Counted from the first letter of the stretch, positions 1-9,847 are shown. The stretch: 64,000 bases of DNA from Alphaproteobacteria bacterium (GCA_965261985.1 OZ253490.1:4946631-5010630), one strand, 5' to 3'. Numbers and translations are program-made. The notes: generated by a model from the letters alone, not told the origin.

Positions 1-830
1 GAGTTCGATGGGATTGAAGTCGGGGCTGTAGGGGGGCAGGAAGAGGAGTTGGGCGCCGGCGTCCTCGATCGTCTTCCGGGCCTTGGGTCCCTTGTGGCTT
101 GAGAGGTTGTCCATGACGACGACATCGCCGGGTCGCAGTTCGGGGACGAGGACCTCTTTGAGGTAGGTCTCGAAGGCGTCGCGGTCGATGGCGCCGGTGA
201 GCACGAAGGGGGCGATCATGCCGTGGCGCGTGATCCCGGCAACGAAGGTGGTTGTGTTCCAGTGTCCGTGAGGCACGGCCATGCGCAGGCGTTCGCCTCG
301 CGGGGCCCATCCATGGGTGCGGGCCATGTTGGTCTTGGCCCAGGTCTCGTCGATGAACACCAGCCGTTCGGGGTCGAGACCGGGCTGGCTGTCCCGCCAG
401 GCGCGCCGCTGGGTCAGCACGTCCGGGCGGTCTTGCTCCGCCGCGTGGCCGGTCTTTTTTTTCGCGTGATGCCGTGGCGCACAAGAAAGCGCTGCACCGT
501 CCCGTAGCTGAAGATGTAGCCCCGATCCCCAAGGGCCGCACGCAACTCCTCGATGGTCTTGTCCGGCTCCTCCTCCAGAAGGGAAAGGATCACACCGCAC
601 TGCGCCTCGATCCGCCCCGAGCGACGGTCTCCGCCAAGCGCCTTCGGACGCGCGTCACCCTGTTCGCGTTCCAGCGCGCGCCACCGGCTCACGCTTGCCG
701 CGCTCACGCCGAACCGCGCCGCAGCAGCTCTATGGCTCATACCCTCTGAAACCGCCGACAGAACACGAGTGCGAAGATCAAGGGAAAGTGCTTTCGACAT
801 GACCGCCGGCCTCCTCCCTCCGGCACACAT
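1..830 (-). CDS. IS630-family transposase. OrfA 414-830, OrfB 1-~470, joined by a programmed -1 frameshift at a T8/A8 run (455-462). N-terminal part only; the C-terminus is beyond the window.
   Basis: OrfA 138 aa with an HTH (AAARFGVSAASVSRWR). The downstream frame encodes …FIDETWAKTNM…DNLSSHKGPKARKTIEDAGA…FLPPYSPDFNPIEL. An A8 slippery run lies at the frame junction. Confidence 0.8.
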
Positions 831-895
831 CTTGAATCACAAATCCCCAGCCCCGTGAATCCCTAACGATTCAATCAGATCAGATCACGCTCTAG
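1..895 (-). mobile_element. IS630-family insertion sequence, truncated by the window start; right end lies just upstream of the pobA stop
   Basis: Minus strand 1-830 encodes a transposase with a DDE C-terminus (…SPDFNPIEL read from window nt 1) and an HTH N-terminus (MSKALSLDLRTRVL…). The exact IS end near 860-895 is not resolved. Confidence 0.7.
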
Positions 896-901
896 CAGGC
901 C

Positions 902-2068
902 CTATACACCTTCCAGGTCCAGCGGCAGGCCGGTGTAGTTTTCGGCCAGGGTGCGGCGGGCGGCGTCGGAGCCGAGCATGTATTCGAGCTCGGCCCCCTG
1001 CAGCCGGCGTTCGAACTCGTCATGCGCGGGATCGCGGTGCAGCAGGCGCGTCATCCACATGGAGAAGCGCTGCACCTTCCAGACGCGCGCGAGGCAGGTT
1101 TCCGAATAACTGTCGAGGCCCGCCTCGTCGCCGTCCCGGTAGTAGCGGGTTAGCGCCCGAGCGAGCGCCACCACATCGGCGAAAGCGAGGTTCATGCCCT
1201 TTGCGCCGGTCGGCGGCACGATATGGGCCGCATCGCCCGCGAGGAACAGGCGCCCGTGGCGCATCGGCTCGGCCACGAAGGCGCGCATCGGCGTCACCGA
1301 CTTCAAACGCAGCGGCCCCCGATTGAGGCGGACGCCGAGGCGCCGGTCCAACTCGTCCCAGAGCTCGTCGGCTTCCCAGCTTTCCGGGTCCTCGTCCGCC
1401 CCGCATTGCACATAGGCGCGCGTGAGTTCCGGCGAGCGCATGCTGAACAGCGCGAAACCCGCCTCGTGGCGCGCATAGACCAACTCGTCCTGGAACGGCG
1501 GCGCCTCGGCCAGCAGGCCGAGCCAGGCATAGGGGAACTCGCGGTGGAAGAGCGTCAGCGTCTCCGGCGGGATCGAGGCGCGCGAGACGCCGTGATAACC
1601 GTCGCAGCCGGCGATGAAATCGCAGGCAAGCGCCCCGCCCGGCCAGACAAGGCGCGGCTCCGGGCCGTCGATGCCTTCCAGGCGGACGCCCTCGACCTCG
1701 AAGCGCAGGTCGCCGCCGGCTTCGAGCCGCGCCGCCACCAGGTCCTTCACCACCTCATGCTGGGCATAGACGGTGATGCCCTTGCCGCCGGTCGCCTCCA
1801 GGAAGTCGATATGGCGGCGCCGGCCGCCGGTCGAGATTTCAATGCCGCGATGGCGGAGAGCCTGTTGCGCCATCCGCCCGCCGAGGCCGGTGCGGTCGAG
1901 CAGGTCCACGCTGCCCTGCTCAAGCAGCCCGGCGCGAACCCGCGTCTCGATCCAGCCGCGCGAGCGGCGCTCCAGGATGACGCTTCCGATGCCGCCGCGG
2001 GCGAGCAGGTGCGACAGCATCAGGCCGGCGGGGCCGGCGCCGACGATCCCGATCTGCGTGCGCTCCAC
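902..2068 (-). CDS. pobA: 4-hydroxybenzoate 3-monooxygenase (FAD-dependent)
   Basis: Starts VERTQIGIVGAGPAGLML… (GTG at 2068). Signature …RLFLAGDAAHIVPPTGAKGMNLAFADV…; about 388 aa. The long 885-aa ORF in the track is a fusion artefact with the next gene. Confidence 0.88.
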   Translation of the reverse strand: MERTQIGIVGAGPAGLMLSHLLARGGIGSVILERRSRGWIETRVRAGLLEQGSVDLLDRTGLGGRMAQQALRHRGIEISTGGRRRHIDFLEATGGKGITVYAQHEVVKDLVAARLEAGGDLRFEVEGVRLEGIDGPEPRLVWPGGALACDFIAGCDGYHGVSRASIPPETLTLFHREFPYAWLGLLAEAPPFQDELVYARHEAGFALFSMRSPELTRAYVQCGADEDPESWEADELWDELDRRLGVRLNRGPLRLKSVTPMRAFVAEPMRHGRLFLAGDAAHIVPPTGAKGMNLAFADVVALARALTRYYRDGDEAGLDSYSETCLARVWKVQRFSMWMTRLLHRDPAHDEFERRLQGAELEYMLGSDAARRTLAENYTGLPLDLEGV

Positions 2069-2073
2069 GGCTG

Positions 2074-3324
2074 CTATTCGCCCGGCGCCGCCCGAACGGT
2101 TGCGGCGGCGTCCGCCTGCGCGCCGGCCGGCAGCCACATCGCCGCCATCACCACCACCAGCGCCACCGCCGCCAGCACATAGAACAGCAGCGCGAAATCG
2201 CCGGTGTAGTCGAAGCCCAGGCCCAGCAACGGCAAGGCGACGAGGCCGCTGCCGAGCGACAAGGCGAACCGGATGCCGTATGCGGTCGAAAGCCATCGTT
2301 CCGGCATGTAGCGCGCAAACAGCAGGTCCGAGATCGGCTGGTTGCCGACGACGATCGCCACAGCGATCGTGAGCACGCCGACCTGCGGCATGTCGTAGGC
2401 GAAGGCCGCGGCGGCCAGCGCCGGCGGCAGGCCGGCAAAGACGACGATGAAGAGCCGGCGCAGCGGGAAGCTGTCGGCCAGCCAGCCGCCCACCAGTTGT
2501 GCAAGGCCGCTGACCACCAGAATGCCCGACACGGTCGCCGACAGGAGAAGCGCGTCGTCGCCGAAGGTGGAAACGCGATGACTGACGATCTTCGGCACGC
2601 CGTTGGTCAGGGCCTGGAAGATCAGCCCGGTGGCGGCGGTGATGATGCCGAGGATTACCATGGCGCGCAGGAAATCGCGGCGCTCGGACTCGGGACGGGC
2701 CCTCCACGCTTGCAGGAAAGCCCCGCGACCCGAGCCTTGCGGCGATGCCTTGGGCTGCGCCCGGCGTATCGGCAGGCTTTCCCGGAAGTAGACATGAAAG
2801 GCGATGCCGAGCGCGATGGAAACCAGCCCCGGCACGACAAACACGGCCTGCCAGCCGCCGACGGCGAACAGGACGCCCACGACCACGGGCGTGACGGCCA
2901 TGCCGGCGCTGCCGAAAACACCGTTGATGCCGAGCAGCCGTCCGCGCCGCTCTCCCGCCCCGCGCACGATCAGCGGAATGCCCACCGGGTGGTAGATCGA
3001 GGCGAAGGTGCCGATCAGGAACAGCCCGACGCCCAGCGTCGCCGGTCCGTCGGCGAAGCCCGTGAATACGGAAGATACTCCGGTGCCGATGAAGAACACC
3101 GTCATCATGCCGGGGCCCGACCAGCGGTCCGCGAGCCAGCCCGCCAGCGGGCCGCCGAGCCCGAACATCATCATCGCCGGCGTAAACAGGACCGCCAGTT
3201 CGCCATAGGAAAGCTTCCAGAATATGCCGTCCCAATTGCCGATCAGATACATGAACAGCAGCATGAAGATGTGGTCGATGCTGTGCCCGACGCACAGGAA
3301 GAGATAGGGGCCGGTCCGCATCAC
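2074..3324 (-). CDS. MFS transporter (probable aromatic-acid transporter, adjacent to pobA)
   Basis: 416 aa with multiple hydrophobic helices and MFS-like loops (…GERRGRLLGINGVFGSAG…). Its stop at 2074-2076 is 6 nt from the pobA start. Confidence 0.8.
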   Translation of the reverse strand: MMRTGPYLFLCVGHSIDHIFMLLFMYLIGNWDGIFWKLSYGELAVLFTPAMMMFGLGGPLAGWLADRWSGPGMMTVFFIGTGVSSVFTGFADGPATLGVGLFLIGTFASIYHPVGIPLIVRGAGERRGRLLGINGVFGSAGMAVTPVVVGVLFAVGGWQAVFVVPGLVSIALGIAFHVYFRESLPIRRAQPKASPQGSGRGAFLQAWRARPESERRDFLRAMVILGIITAATGLIFQALTNGVPKIVSHRVSTFGDDALLLSATVSGILVVSGLAQLVGGWLADSFPLRRLFIVVFAGLPPALAAAAFAYDMPQVGVLTIAVAIVVGNQPISDLLFARYMPERWLSTAYGIRFALSLGSGLVALPLLGLGFDYTGDFALLFYVLAAVALVVVMAAMWLPAGAQADAAATVRAAPGE

Positions 3325-3671
3325 GCCTCCTGCGCCTCCGGAACCGACACCTCCTCCTGCACCCAGGCAAGGAACGCCGCATCGCCGCCGGAGATCGGCA
3401 GGGCCACCACGCAGGGGCTGTCATAGCTGTGCGTTTCGCGCACCCGGCGCACGGCTGCCTCGACCCGCTCCTCGACGGTCTTCGCCACCAGCACGACCTC
3501 GTCCTCCTCCTGCACCGCGCCCTGCCAGCGATACACCGAGGTAGCCGCGCCCAGCACATTGGCGCAGGCTGCCAGCCGTTCCCCGACCAGCATGCGGGCG
3601 AGCGCCAGCGCTTCTTCGCGGTCGCCGGCCGTCATGTAGAGAAGGCAGGGGCGGGACATGGACGCCTTCAT
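3321..3671 (-). CDS. cutA: Divalent-cation tolerance protein CutA
   Basis: About 113 aa: …CLLYMTAGDREEALALARMLVGERLAACANVLGAATSVYRWQGAVQEEDEVVLVAKT…, typical CutA1. The start ATG overlaps the upstream stop. Confidence 0.8.
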   Translation of the reverse strand: MKASMSRPCLLYMTAGDREEALALARMLVGERLAACANVLGAATSVYRWQGAVQEEDEVVLVAKTVEERVEAAVRRVRETHSYDSPCVVALPISGGDAAFLAWVQEEVSVPEAQEA

Positions 3672-4411
3672 GTCACGAGACCTCGCAGGTTGGCAATGCC
3701 GAGCGCGAGCAGGCCCGCCATGACGAGCGTGCGGAACCGCCCGACCGGCATCGCCTCGCGCAGCCTGCCGCCGGCGACGAGGCCGACGAGCGCCGGCAGG
3801 AAGGCCGCGGCGGAAAGCGCCCAATCCTCCGCGCTCACGAGCAGGCCGTGGCCGGCAAGCGCGAGCGCGAGCGTGGACGAACCGGCAAGCAGGGTCCAGC
3901 CGAGCAGGCCGACCATGGCGCCCGGCTCCATGCGAAGCGCGAGCAGATAGACGCCGAGCTGCGGGCCGAACACGCCGGTGATGCCGCCGACTGCGCCGAC
4001 CGCCGTGCCGACCAGCGGCGTGACGACCGGCTCCAGACGCTCCGGCAGCCGGGGTTCCCAGCGCGTCCAGGAAACCGCGACATAGGCGATGACGATAAGG
4101 CCGACGAGCGCGTTCAGAAGGTCGGGGTCGCCCTCGGCAATGAAGCCGGACGCGATCCAGATGGCTGCCATCAACGGCAGGATGAGGCTCAGCAATTGCC
4201 GCAGGCGGGGCCGGTTGCGCCAGGTCGCCCAGACCTGCCACACATTCGCGGCCACAAGCGAAACCGCGATCAGCGGCAGCGCTTCGCGGAGCGGCATGAC
4301 GACCGCAAGCACGGAGATGATGACGAGCGGCATGCCGAGCCCGATGGCGCCCTTGACGAGCCCGCCGAGGAACAGTCCGGCAATCGCGACGGCAAGGGTG
4401 AACGGCTCCAT
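3668..4411 (-). CDS. TauE/SafE family sulfite-exporter-type membrane protein (DUF81)
   Basis: MEPFTLAVAIAGLFLGGLVKGAIGLGMPLVIISVL… with a repeated GxGGG-type helix motif (GTAVGAVGGITGVFGPQLG). The longer ORF upstream overlaps the tRNA and is rejected. Confidence 0.75.
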   Translation of the reverse strand: MEPFTLAVAIAGLFLGGLVKGAIGLGMPLVIISVLAVVMPLREALPLIAVSLVAANVWQVWATWRNRPRLRQLLSLILPLMAAIWIASGFIAEGDPDLLNALVGLIVIAYVAVSWTRWEPRLPERLEPVVTPLVGTAVGAVGGITGVFGPQLGVYLLALRMEPGAMVGLLGWTLLAGSSTLALALAGHGLLVSAEDWALSAAAFLPALVGLVAGGRLREAMPVGRFRTLVMAGLLALGIANLRGLVT

Positions 4412-4444
4412 GGAGAACCCTCTCCGGAAGCCCGCCGCCGCGTC

Positions 4445-4521
4445 TGGTCGGAGCGGCAGGATTCGAACCTGCGACCCCCACACCCCCAGTGTGATGCGCT
4501 ACCAGACTGCGCTACGCTCCG
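4445..4521 (-). tRNA. tRNA-Pro (anticodon GGG)
   Basis: 77 nt: CGGAGCG-TA-GCGC-AGTCTGGTA-GCGC-A-TCACA-CTGGGGG-TGTGG-GGGTC-GCAGG-TTCGAAT-CCTGC-CGCTCCG-A-CCA. Cloverleaf with a 7-bp acceptor stem, a GTTCGAAT T-loop and an encoded CCA. Confidence 0.9.
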
Positions 4522-4797
4522 ACGCCGCCAACATACCCGCCCCGCCGCTGCGCGCGCAAGTCACCGGCGCGAGCGGGGCGGCGCGAGCGGGACCCAGGGT
4601 TATTCAAAGAAGGGCGTTTGTTACGGCGCGTATGGCCGAGGCCCGGTCTTCGCGGAAATCTTCGCGGGCTTCGAGCATTGGCGCGACGGAGCGGCGTATA
4701 AGGTTGATGGCGAGGTTTCGCAGCGTGGCGAACCGTCCTTCGCCAGCGCGGGTTCGGCTTGGCCAGAGGCGGGAGCCCATTCCAGCAGGCTGGCACT

Positions 4798-5442
4798 TCA
4801 ACGCAACTTCGCGAGAACGATCCGTTCGGCAGGGTGAACCTCTGGAAACCGGCTATAACACTCGCACCAATCGGCGGCGGCAGGAGAAAGCCAGCGAGTG
4901 ATCTGCACGATGTTCGCGTAGTGCTTGGGCAGATCCCACTGGAGTATCGGCTCGTGGTGGGCGACCCGGTTCCGGAGCGTTCTGATCGGCCTCAGCGGTG
5001 AGGAAAGGTCTTTGCGGCGGAGGCCCTTGCCGTCTTCCCGACGCGCGATGCCATGCAGGGTTTTCTGCCAGAGGACTTCGTAATCCGGCGACAGCATCGA
5101 GGTCCAGAAACTGAAGGTAAGGGCAGATACGATACGGCCGGGGGCCGGGTCCTTCCCGAATTCGGCGAGTTCTTCGTATGCCTTGCTGAGCTGGCGGCGC
5201 TGGTTCTCGATCGGCAGAAAACCGTCTTCGTCGAACCAGCGCGCGTGCAGTGCTTCTTCGAGGACGGAATGCACGCGGTTCCGAAGCACGACCTCCAAGA
5301 CTTGCAAGGGAGTGTACAGGGCTTCGGAAAGTCGCGTGTTGAGGGCGTAGAGTTCACGAGCGCGCGCGCGGTCCCCGTCCGCCCATTCGCGATAGCGGGC
5401 GAAGCGTTCAGGCGACAGGGCCGCTTCGAAGTCGGCGGTCAC
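4798..5442 (-). CDS. Abi_2-family (AbiD/AbiF-like) abortive-infection-type protein. Start is most likely the GTG at 5442 (SD AAGAGG 9 nt upstream); the ORF extends to the ATG at 5622.
   Basis: …TLHGIARREDGKGLRRKDLSSPLRPIRTLRNRVAHHEPILQWDLPKHYANIVQITRWL…. The RNRVAHHEP motif is characteristic of Abi-like proteins. The gene sits next to the tRNA-Pro. Confidence 0.6.
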   Translation of the reverse strand: MTADFEAALSPERFARYREWADGDRARARELYALNTRLSEALYTPLQVLEVVLRNRVHSVLEEALHARWFDEDGFLPIENQRRQLSKAYEELAEFGKDPAPGRIVSALTFSFWTSMLSPDYEVLWQKTLHGIARREDGKGLRRKDLSSPLRPIRTLRNRVAHHEPILQWDLPKHYANIVQITRWLSPAAADWCECYSRFPEVHPAERIVLAKLR

Positions 5443-5869
5443 GGCTGCAATCCTCTTGCCATCCGGCGAGCGTGGGCCTAGATTCAAGCGTGGAAACCCC
5501 GGTACCGTCTCTGCCCTAGGCACGCGGCCGGGGTAAATTTTTCCGGGGATCGGTTCCTCGACGGCCGACGGGTGTTTCGGCGCGCCGCCGCGCCTCCCGG
5601 CCCTCTTCCTTCGCTTCCGCAAAGTCGGGCTCCAAATTTCGGATGCGCTCCACCAGCCCGTCTAGATGGTAGATATTGCTGTTCCAGTCTCCGGCAGCGG
5701 TCTTTCGCAACTCCCGGCGATCACTACAATTCCCGACGCCTCCTCCCGGAAACGGTGCCCGGCAGAGCGCTCGGAGGTGAGGCCAATTCGGGCGGGGATG
5801 CGGCCGTCCGGACGGAAGCGTTTCGCGAATGACAGGCCGGACCATGACCGAAGATAGCATTTTGTTCAT

Positions 5870-6305
5870 AAAATTTGAAATAATTCTTCTAAAAGGGCTT
5901 GATCCTGTGAAATCCGTGATAGGATGAGATAGGAAGCGGCATACATGGGGCCGTTTCGTCTCTTGCTGCGCCGGCGCGAAAAACCCCCTGAGAAACGGAC
6001 GGGAGACGTGCGCCCTCCGCTTGCCTCGCGTGCGCGCAATCAGGCGCGCGATATGCGCGCCGGCGCGAGACGCACGCACGCGCGCACATGCGATACGCGC
6101 GAATAAGGGACCCGCCGCAGGCAAACGAGCCGGCGGCATCGATAACGGAACGAAACACGATGGAGGAACGACCGTGTCGAACATACAGAGGCGGGCAAAT
6201 CGGGGTGAATGCCCGGACGCGCCCATGCGGAACGACAGCTTCATGCCCAAACGAGCCATCGGATATGAGCACTGCGCATAGAGGATCATGACATTTCATG
6301 ACACA
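5870..6305 (-). repeat. Dispersed repeat family A, copy a (reverse orientation). TGTCATG array at 6285-6305 abuts the upstream region of the HpcH aldolase gene.
   Basis: Its reverse complement aligns block-wise with copies at 13667, 26615 and 49705: TGTCATGAAATGTCATGA… / …TTCGCGCGTATCGCATGTGCGC… / …GCGCGCCTGATTGCGCGC… / …ATGCCGCTTCC…TCATCCTA…GAATTATTTCA. Confidence 0.75.
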
Positions 6306-6438
6306 TCCCGTGGGGTCTTCGCGCCCGGACCTCGGGAGGCGACCATGATGGCTCAGCCCCGATTGCGGCTACCCTGGGGATTGGACGCCGCTTCCGCTTC
6401 GTGCCAAGAGGAAGACACATTGAAAGGAGACGCATCGC

Positions 6439-7221
6439 ATGGCCCTGATCGCCAACCGCACCAAGGAGAAGCTTGCAGCCGGGGAGATTGCGCTCGGCCT
6501 CGGCCTGCGCCTCGCGCGCATGCCGGAGATCGCCAAGATCGCCGCGGTCTGCGGCTACGATTGGCTGTTCGTCGATATGGAGCACGGCGCGTTCTCCGTC
6601 GATACGGCCGCGCAGATCTGCGCGGCGGCGCTGGACGCCGGCATTTCGCCGATCCCGCGCGCGGCGGCACACGAGCATTTCCACGCGACCCGGCTGCTGG
6701 ACTCCGGCGCACAGGGCGTCGTCGTGCCGCATGTCGATAGCGCGGCCCAGGCCGAGGCAGTGCGCGACAATTGCCTCTACCCGCCGGTCGGCAAGCGCTC
6801 GGTAGCCGGCGGCATGGCGCAGCTCGAATATGAGGCCCTGCCGGCGGGCGAGGTCACGCGTCTCATCAACAGCGCGACGCTCACCGTGGTGATGATCGAG
6901 ACGCCCGAGGCCGTCGCCGCAGCGGACGCCATCGCGGCCGTCGAGGGCATCGATGCCCTGCTGATCGGCACCAACGACCTCTGCGCCACGATGGGCATAC
7001 CGGGGCAATACGGGGACGAACGGGTCGTCGATGCCTATGACCGGGTGGTCTCGGCCGCGCGCAACAACGGCAAGCATGCCGGCATGGGCGGCGTCTACGA
7101 TGAGGAACTCGCCGGACGCTATATCGCCATGGGCGCGCGGCTGGTGCTCGGCGGCAACGACCTGCCGCTGCTGATGGGCGCCGCCAGGGCGCGCGCAGAC
7201 TTCCTGCGCGAACTGGCATAG
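6439..7221 (+). CDS. HpcH/HpaI-family aldolase (2-keto-3-deoxy-acid aldolase)
   Basis: 260 aa: …LFVDMEHGAFSVDTAAQICAAA…VVPHVDSAAQAEAVRDNCLYPPVGKRS…VMIETPEAV…IDALLIGTNDL…. Confidence 0.85.
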   Translation: MALIANRTKEKLAAGEIALGLGLRLARMPEIAKIAAVCGYDWLFVDMEHGAFSVDTAAQICAAALDAGISPIPRAAAHEHFHATRLLDSGAQGVVVPHVDSAAQAEAVRDNCLYPPVGKRSVAGGMAQLEYEALPAGEVTRLINSATLTVVMIETPEAVAAADAIAAVEGIDALLIGTNDLCATMGIPGQYGDERVVDAYDRVVSAARNNGKHAGMGGVYDEELAGRYIAMGARLVLGGNDLPLLMGAARARADFLRELA

Positions 7222-7239
7222 CGCGGGCTCGGGACGGCG

Positions 7240-7707
7240 CTAGTCGAAAGACGTGCCGGTGGCGCCGCCCCGGCCGAGCTTGTAGGTGACGACGCCTCGG
7301 GCGATCTTGCGCCCGTCGTCGTCCGTCACCAGCACGTCCACCACGGTGATCGACCCGCCCCGGCGCAGCACGACCGCCTCCGCCGCCAGGCCGCGGCCCT
7401 TCAGCCCCGGCGAGAGGTAGTTGACGGTGAAGCCGACCGTGGCCCCCTTGGTCGCCTCGACCACGGACGGGCTCGTCCAGGCGGCCGCGGTGGCGGCCGT
7501 GTCGATCAGCGACGCCGTCGCGCCGCCGTGATAGATGCCGGCGCCGTTGCCGAGCTCGGGCCGCCAGGGCAGCCGGACGACGGCGCGGTCGGACTCGAGG
7601 ACGGCCAGTTCCATGCCGAGATGCACGCCGAACGGCCCGCGCACGATGGCCTCGCGGATGCGCTGCTCGCCGACGGGGCTCGGACCTTTCCGCGCGGTTC
7701 CGCTCAC
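7240..7707 (-). CDS. PaaI/hotdog-fold thioesterase
   Basis: GTG start with SD GGAGAA. …GVHLGMELAVLESDRAVVRLPWRPELGNGAGIYHGGATASLIDTAATAAAW…. 4-nt overlap with the upstream SDR gene. Confidence 0.75.
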   Translation of the reverse strand: MSGTARKGPSPVGEQRIREAIVRGPFGVHLGMELAVLESDRAVVRLPWRPELGNGAGIYHGGATASLIDTAATAAAWTSPSVVEATKGATVGFTVNYLSPGLKGRGLAAEAVVLRRGGSITVVDVLVTDDDGRKIARGVVTYKLGRGGATGTSFD

Positions 7708-8408
7708 CAGGTTTCTCCGGAGGGGCGGATCTCGACATTGAACGACCGGGCCGAGCAGTCCTGGTGCGCGATGCAGAACACTTCCTCGCCGATGGCGTCC
7801 GGCTTGATGTAGAAATCGTCCGGCTTGCCGGGATGCCGGCGGCGGGTCCAGCGCAGGTCGATCACCGCATCGATGACGATATAGGCGACATGGACGCCCT
7901 TCGGCCCGAGTTCGCGCGCCATGGATTCGGAAAGAATGCGCTGCGCCGCCTTGGTCGGCGCGAAGCCGGAGAAGCGCGGAATGCCCCGCCAGGCCGAGGT
8001 GTTGCCGGTGACCATGAGCGCGCCCTCGCCGCGCGCGATCATCGCCGGCGCGGTCAGCTGCACCAGATGCAGGAGACTCATGGTGTTGACCTGGAAATTG
8101 GCCTGGATATCCGCCGGGTCCATGTCGAGGAAGCTGCCCCAGCTTCCCCGCGCGGCGTTGTGAACGACGATATGCGGGTCGTCGCCGAGTTCTCCGCGAA
8201 CGCGCTCCAGCGTGCCCGTCAGTGCCTCCGGGTCGGCGATGTCGCAGGGAAACGCCGACGTGCCGGGGATCGTTTCCTCGTACTCCCGCAGCCGCGACTC
8301 GGAACGCGCCAGCATCGCCACGCGGTAGCCGCCGGCCGCGAACCGCCGGACAACGGAACCGCCCGTGCCCCGCCCCACCCCGGCTACCAGCGCGATCTTC
8401 TCCGCCAT
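7704..8408 (-). CDS. SDR-family oxidoreductase
   Basis: MAEKIALVAGVGRGTGGSVVRRFAAGGYRVAMLAR… with an NAARG motif. Paralogous to the SDR at 47384-48090. Confidence 0.85.
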   Translation of the reverse strand: MAEKIALVAGVGRGTGGSVVRRFAAGGYRVAMLARSESRLREYEETIPGTSAFPCDIADPEALTGTLERVRGELGDDPHIVVHNAARGSWGSFLDMDPADIQANFQVNTMSLLHLVQLTAPAMIARGEGALMVTGNTSAWRGIPRFSGFAPTKAAQRILSESMARELGPKGVHVAYIVIDAVIDLRWTRRRHPGKPDDFYIKPDAIGEEVFCIAHQDCSARSFNVEIRPSGETW

Positions 8409-8438
8409 GAAAATTCCTCCTCCGGGTCCGTTCCCCGT

Positions 8439-9677
8439 TCAGGCCGGTTGATCCATTCCTTCCAATGTTGCGCCGCGCCCCCTGCGCATGGCCATGGCGC
8501 GACGCAGCAGGAACGCAGCGATCGCCAGATGAAAGATGTTGAATGCGACCGCGTTGACGAAAGCAAGCCGGTAGCTGCCGGTGAGATCGTGGATGCTGCC
8601 CGCGAGCCAGGCCCCGAGCGCCATGCCGAGCATGGTGAACAGGAGTGCGAGACCGATGCGCCCGCCCGCTTGCCGCGCCGGGAAATACTCCCGGACGATG
8701 ATGGCGTAGGACGGGACGATGCCGCCCTGGGAGAGGCCGAAGAGCGCCGAGACGACCAGCAGGACGACCCGCCCGTCGGCAGGCAGGAACAGCAGGAGCG
8801 CCGCCGTCTGGCCGACGGACCCGAGCGCGAGCGTGCGCAGCCCGCCGATACGGTCCGATATCCAGCCGGAACCGAGCCGGCTGAAAATGCCGAACCCGTA
8901 CATCAGCGACAGCATCAGCGCGCCGTCGGCCGGCCGCAGGCCGAGATCGTCCGCCATCGCTACCGCATGGACCTGGGGGACCGCCATCGCCACGCAACAG
9001 CCGATGCCGGCACAGCAGAGCAGTCCCTGCAGGACCGGCGCCCGAAAACCGAGCGGCCGGGCCGATTGCGCTGCCTTCAGCGTTCCGGTCAGCACATGGC
9101 GCGGGGCGGGGCGATGCAGGACAAGGGCCAGCAGCGGCAGCGAGGCGAAAGTCAACGCACCGAGAACGAGATACATGTCGCGCCACCCATGGGCGTCCAC
9201 AATGGCCTCCAGCACCGGCGGCCAGACCATGCCGGACACATAGGAGCCGCTGATGACCACGCCGACAGCGAGCCCGCGCCGGCGCTCGAACCAGAGCGAA
9301 ATATCGGCCACCATCGGGGCCATGGTGGTCGAGGCGCCCAACAGGCCGATCAGGAGGCCGTGGACCAGAACCGCCTGCCAGAGCTCGACGGCGTGTCCGG
9401 CAATCCAGAAACCGAGACCGAGCGTCAGCCCTCCGGCAAAGGCGACCCGCATGGCGCCCAGCCGGTCGGCGAAGCGGCCCATCCAGAAGCCGCCGAGGCC
9501 GAATCCGACCATGAACGCCATATAGGGCAGGGTCGCCGATGCGCGCGAGACCTCGAATGCCTCCTGCATCGGCTTGAGAGCGACGGTGCCGGCAAGCATG
9601 CCCGACGCGCCGACGACCAGGATGACGAATGCGGCCGCCGCCCGATAGACGGGATAGAAGGATGCTGTGCCGGTCAT
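8439..9677 (-). CDS. MFS transporter
   Basis: 412 aa with 12 predicted hydrophobic segments; …GRFADRLGAMRV… loop motif. Confidence 0.8.
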   Translation of the reverse strand: MTGTASFYPVYRAAAAFVILVVGASGMLAGTVALKPMQEAFEVSRASATLPYMAFMVGFGLGGFWMGRFADRLGAMRVAFAGGLTLGLGFWIAGHAVELWQAVLVHGLLIGLLGASTTMAPMVADISLWFERRRGLAVGVVISGSYVSGMVWPPVLEAIVDAHGWRDMYLVLGALTFASLPLLALVLHRPAPRHVLTGTLKAAQSARPLGFRAPVLQGLLCCAGIGCCVAMAVPQVHAVAMADDLGLRPADGALMLSLMYGFGIFSRLGSGWISDRIGGLRTLALGSVGQTAALLLFLPADGRVVLLVVSALFGLSQGGIVPSYAIIVREYFPARQAGGRIGLALLFTMLGMALGAWLAGSIHDLTGSYRLAFVNAVAFNIFHLAIAAFLLRRAMAMRRGRGATLEGMDQPA

Positions 9678-9719
9678 GCGGCTTCTGCGGGCAGTCCCCT
9701 GCCGGTCTCGTGCCCGCGC

Positions 9720-9785
9720 CTAGGCGGCGGACAGGAATAGGGAGACAGCGGCCATCGCCTGCTTGCAGACGGTATTCCGGGTCAT
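9720..9785 (-). CDS. Possible 21-aa hydrophobic micro-ORF (MTRNTVCKQAMAAVSLFLSAA) between the FAD oxidoreductase and MFS genes
   Basis: ATG with a GGAGG SD 7 nt upstream. The hydrophobic tail could be a leader or small membrane peptide. Weak. Confidence 0.2.
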   Translation of the reverse strand: MTRNTVCKQAMAAVSLFLSAA

Positions 9786-9847
9786 GGCTGCGCCTCCTCG
9801 ATGCCCGCCGGCATGAATAGAGCGTTTCCGCTGGAACGGGAACAGCC

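Noticed and set aside
902-3559. 885-aa ORF spanning pobA, the MFS gene and beyond
   Set aside because: It is a read-through artefact: pobA ends its N-terminus at a GTG (2068) with SD-like context, and the MFS gene is in a different frame. GC-rich DNA lacks stops in several frames.
5516-6289. 257-aa and 136-aa minus-strand ORFs inside repeat family A copy a
   Set aside because: They lie entirely within a dispersed non-coding repeat, and their translation is low-complexity.
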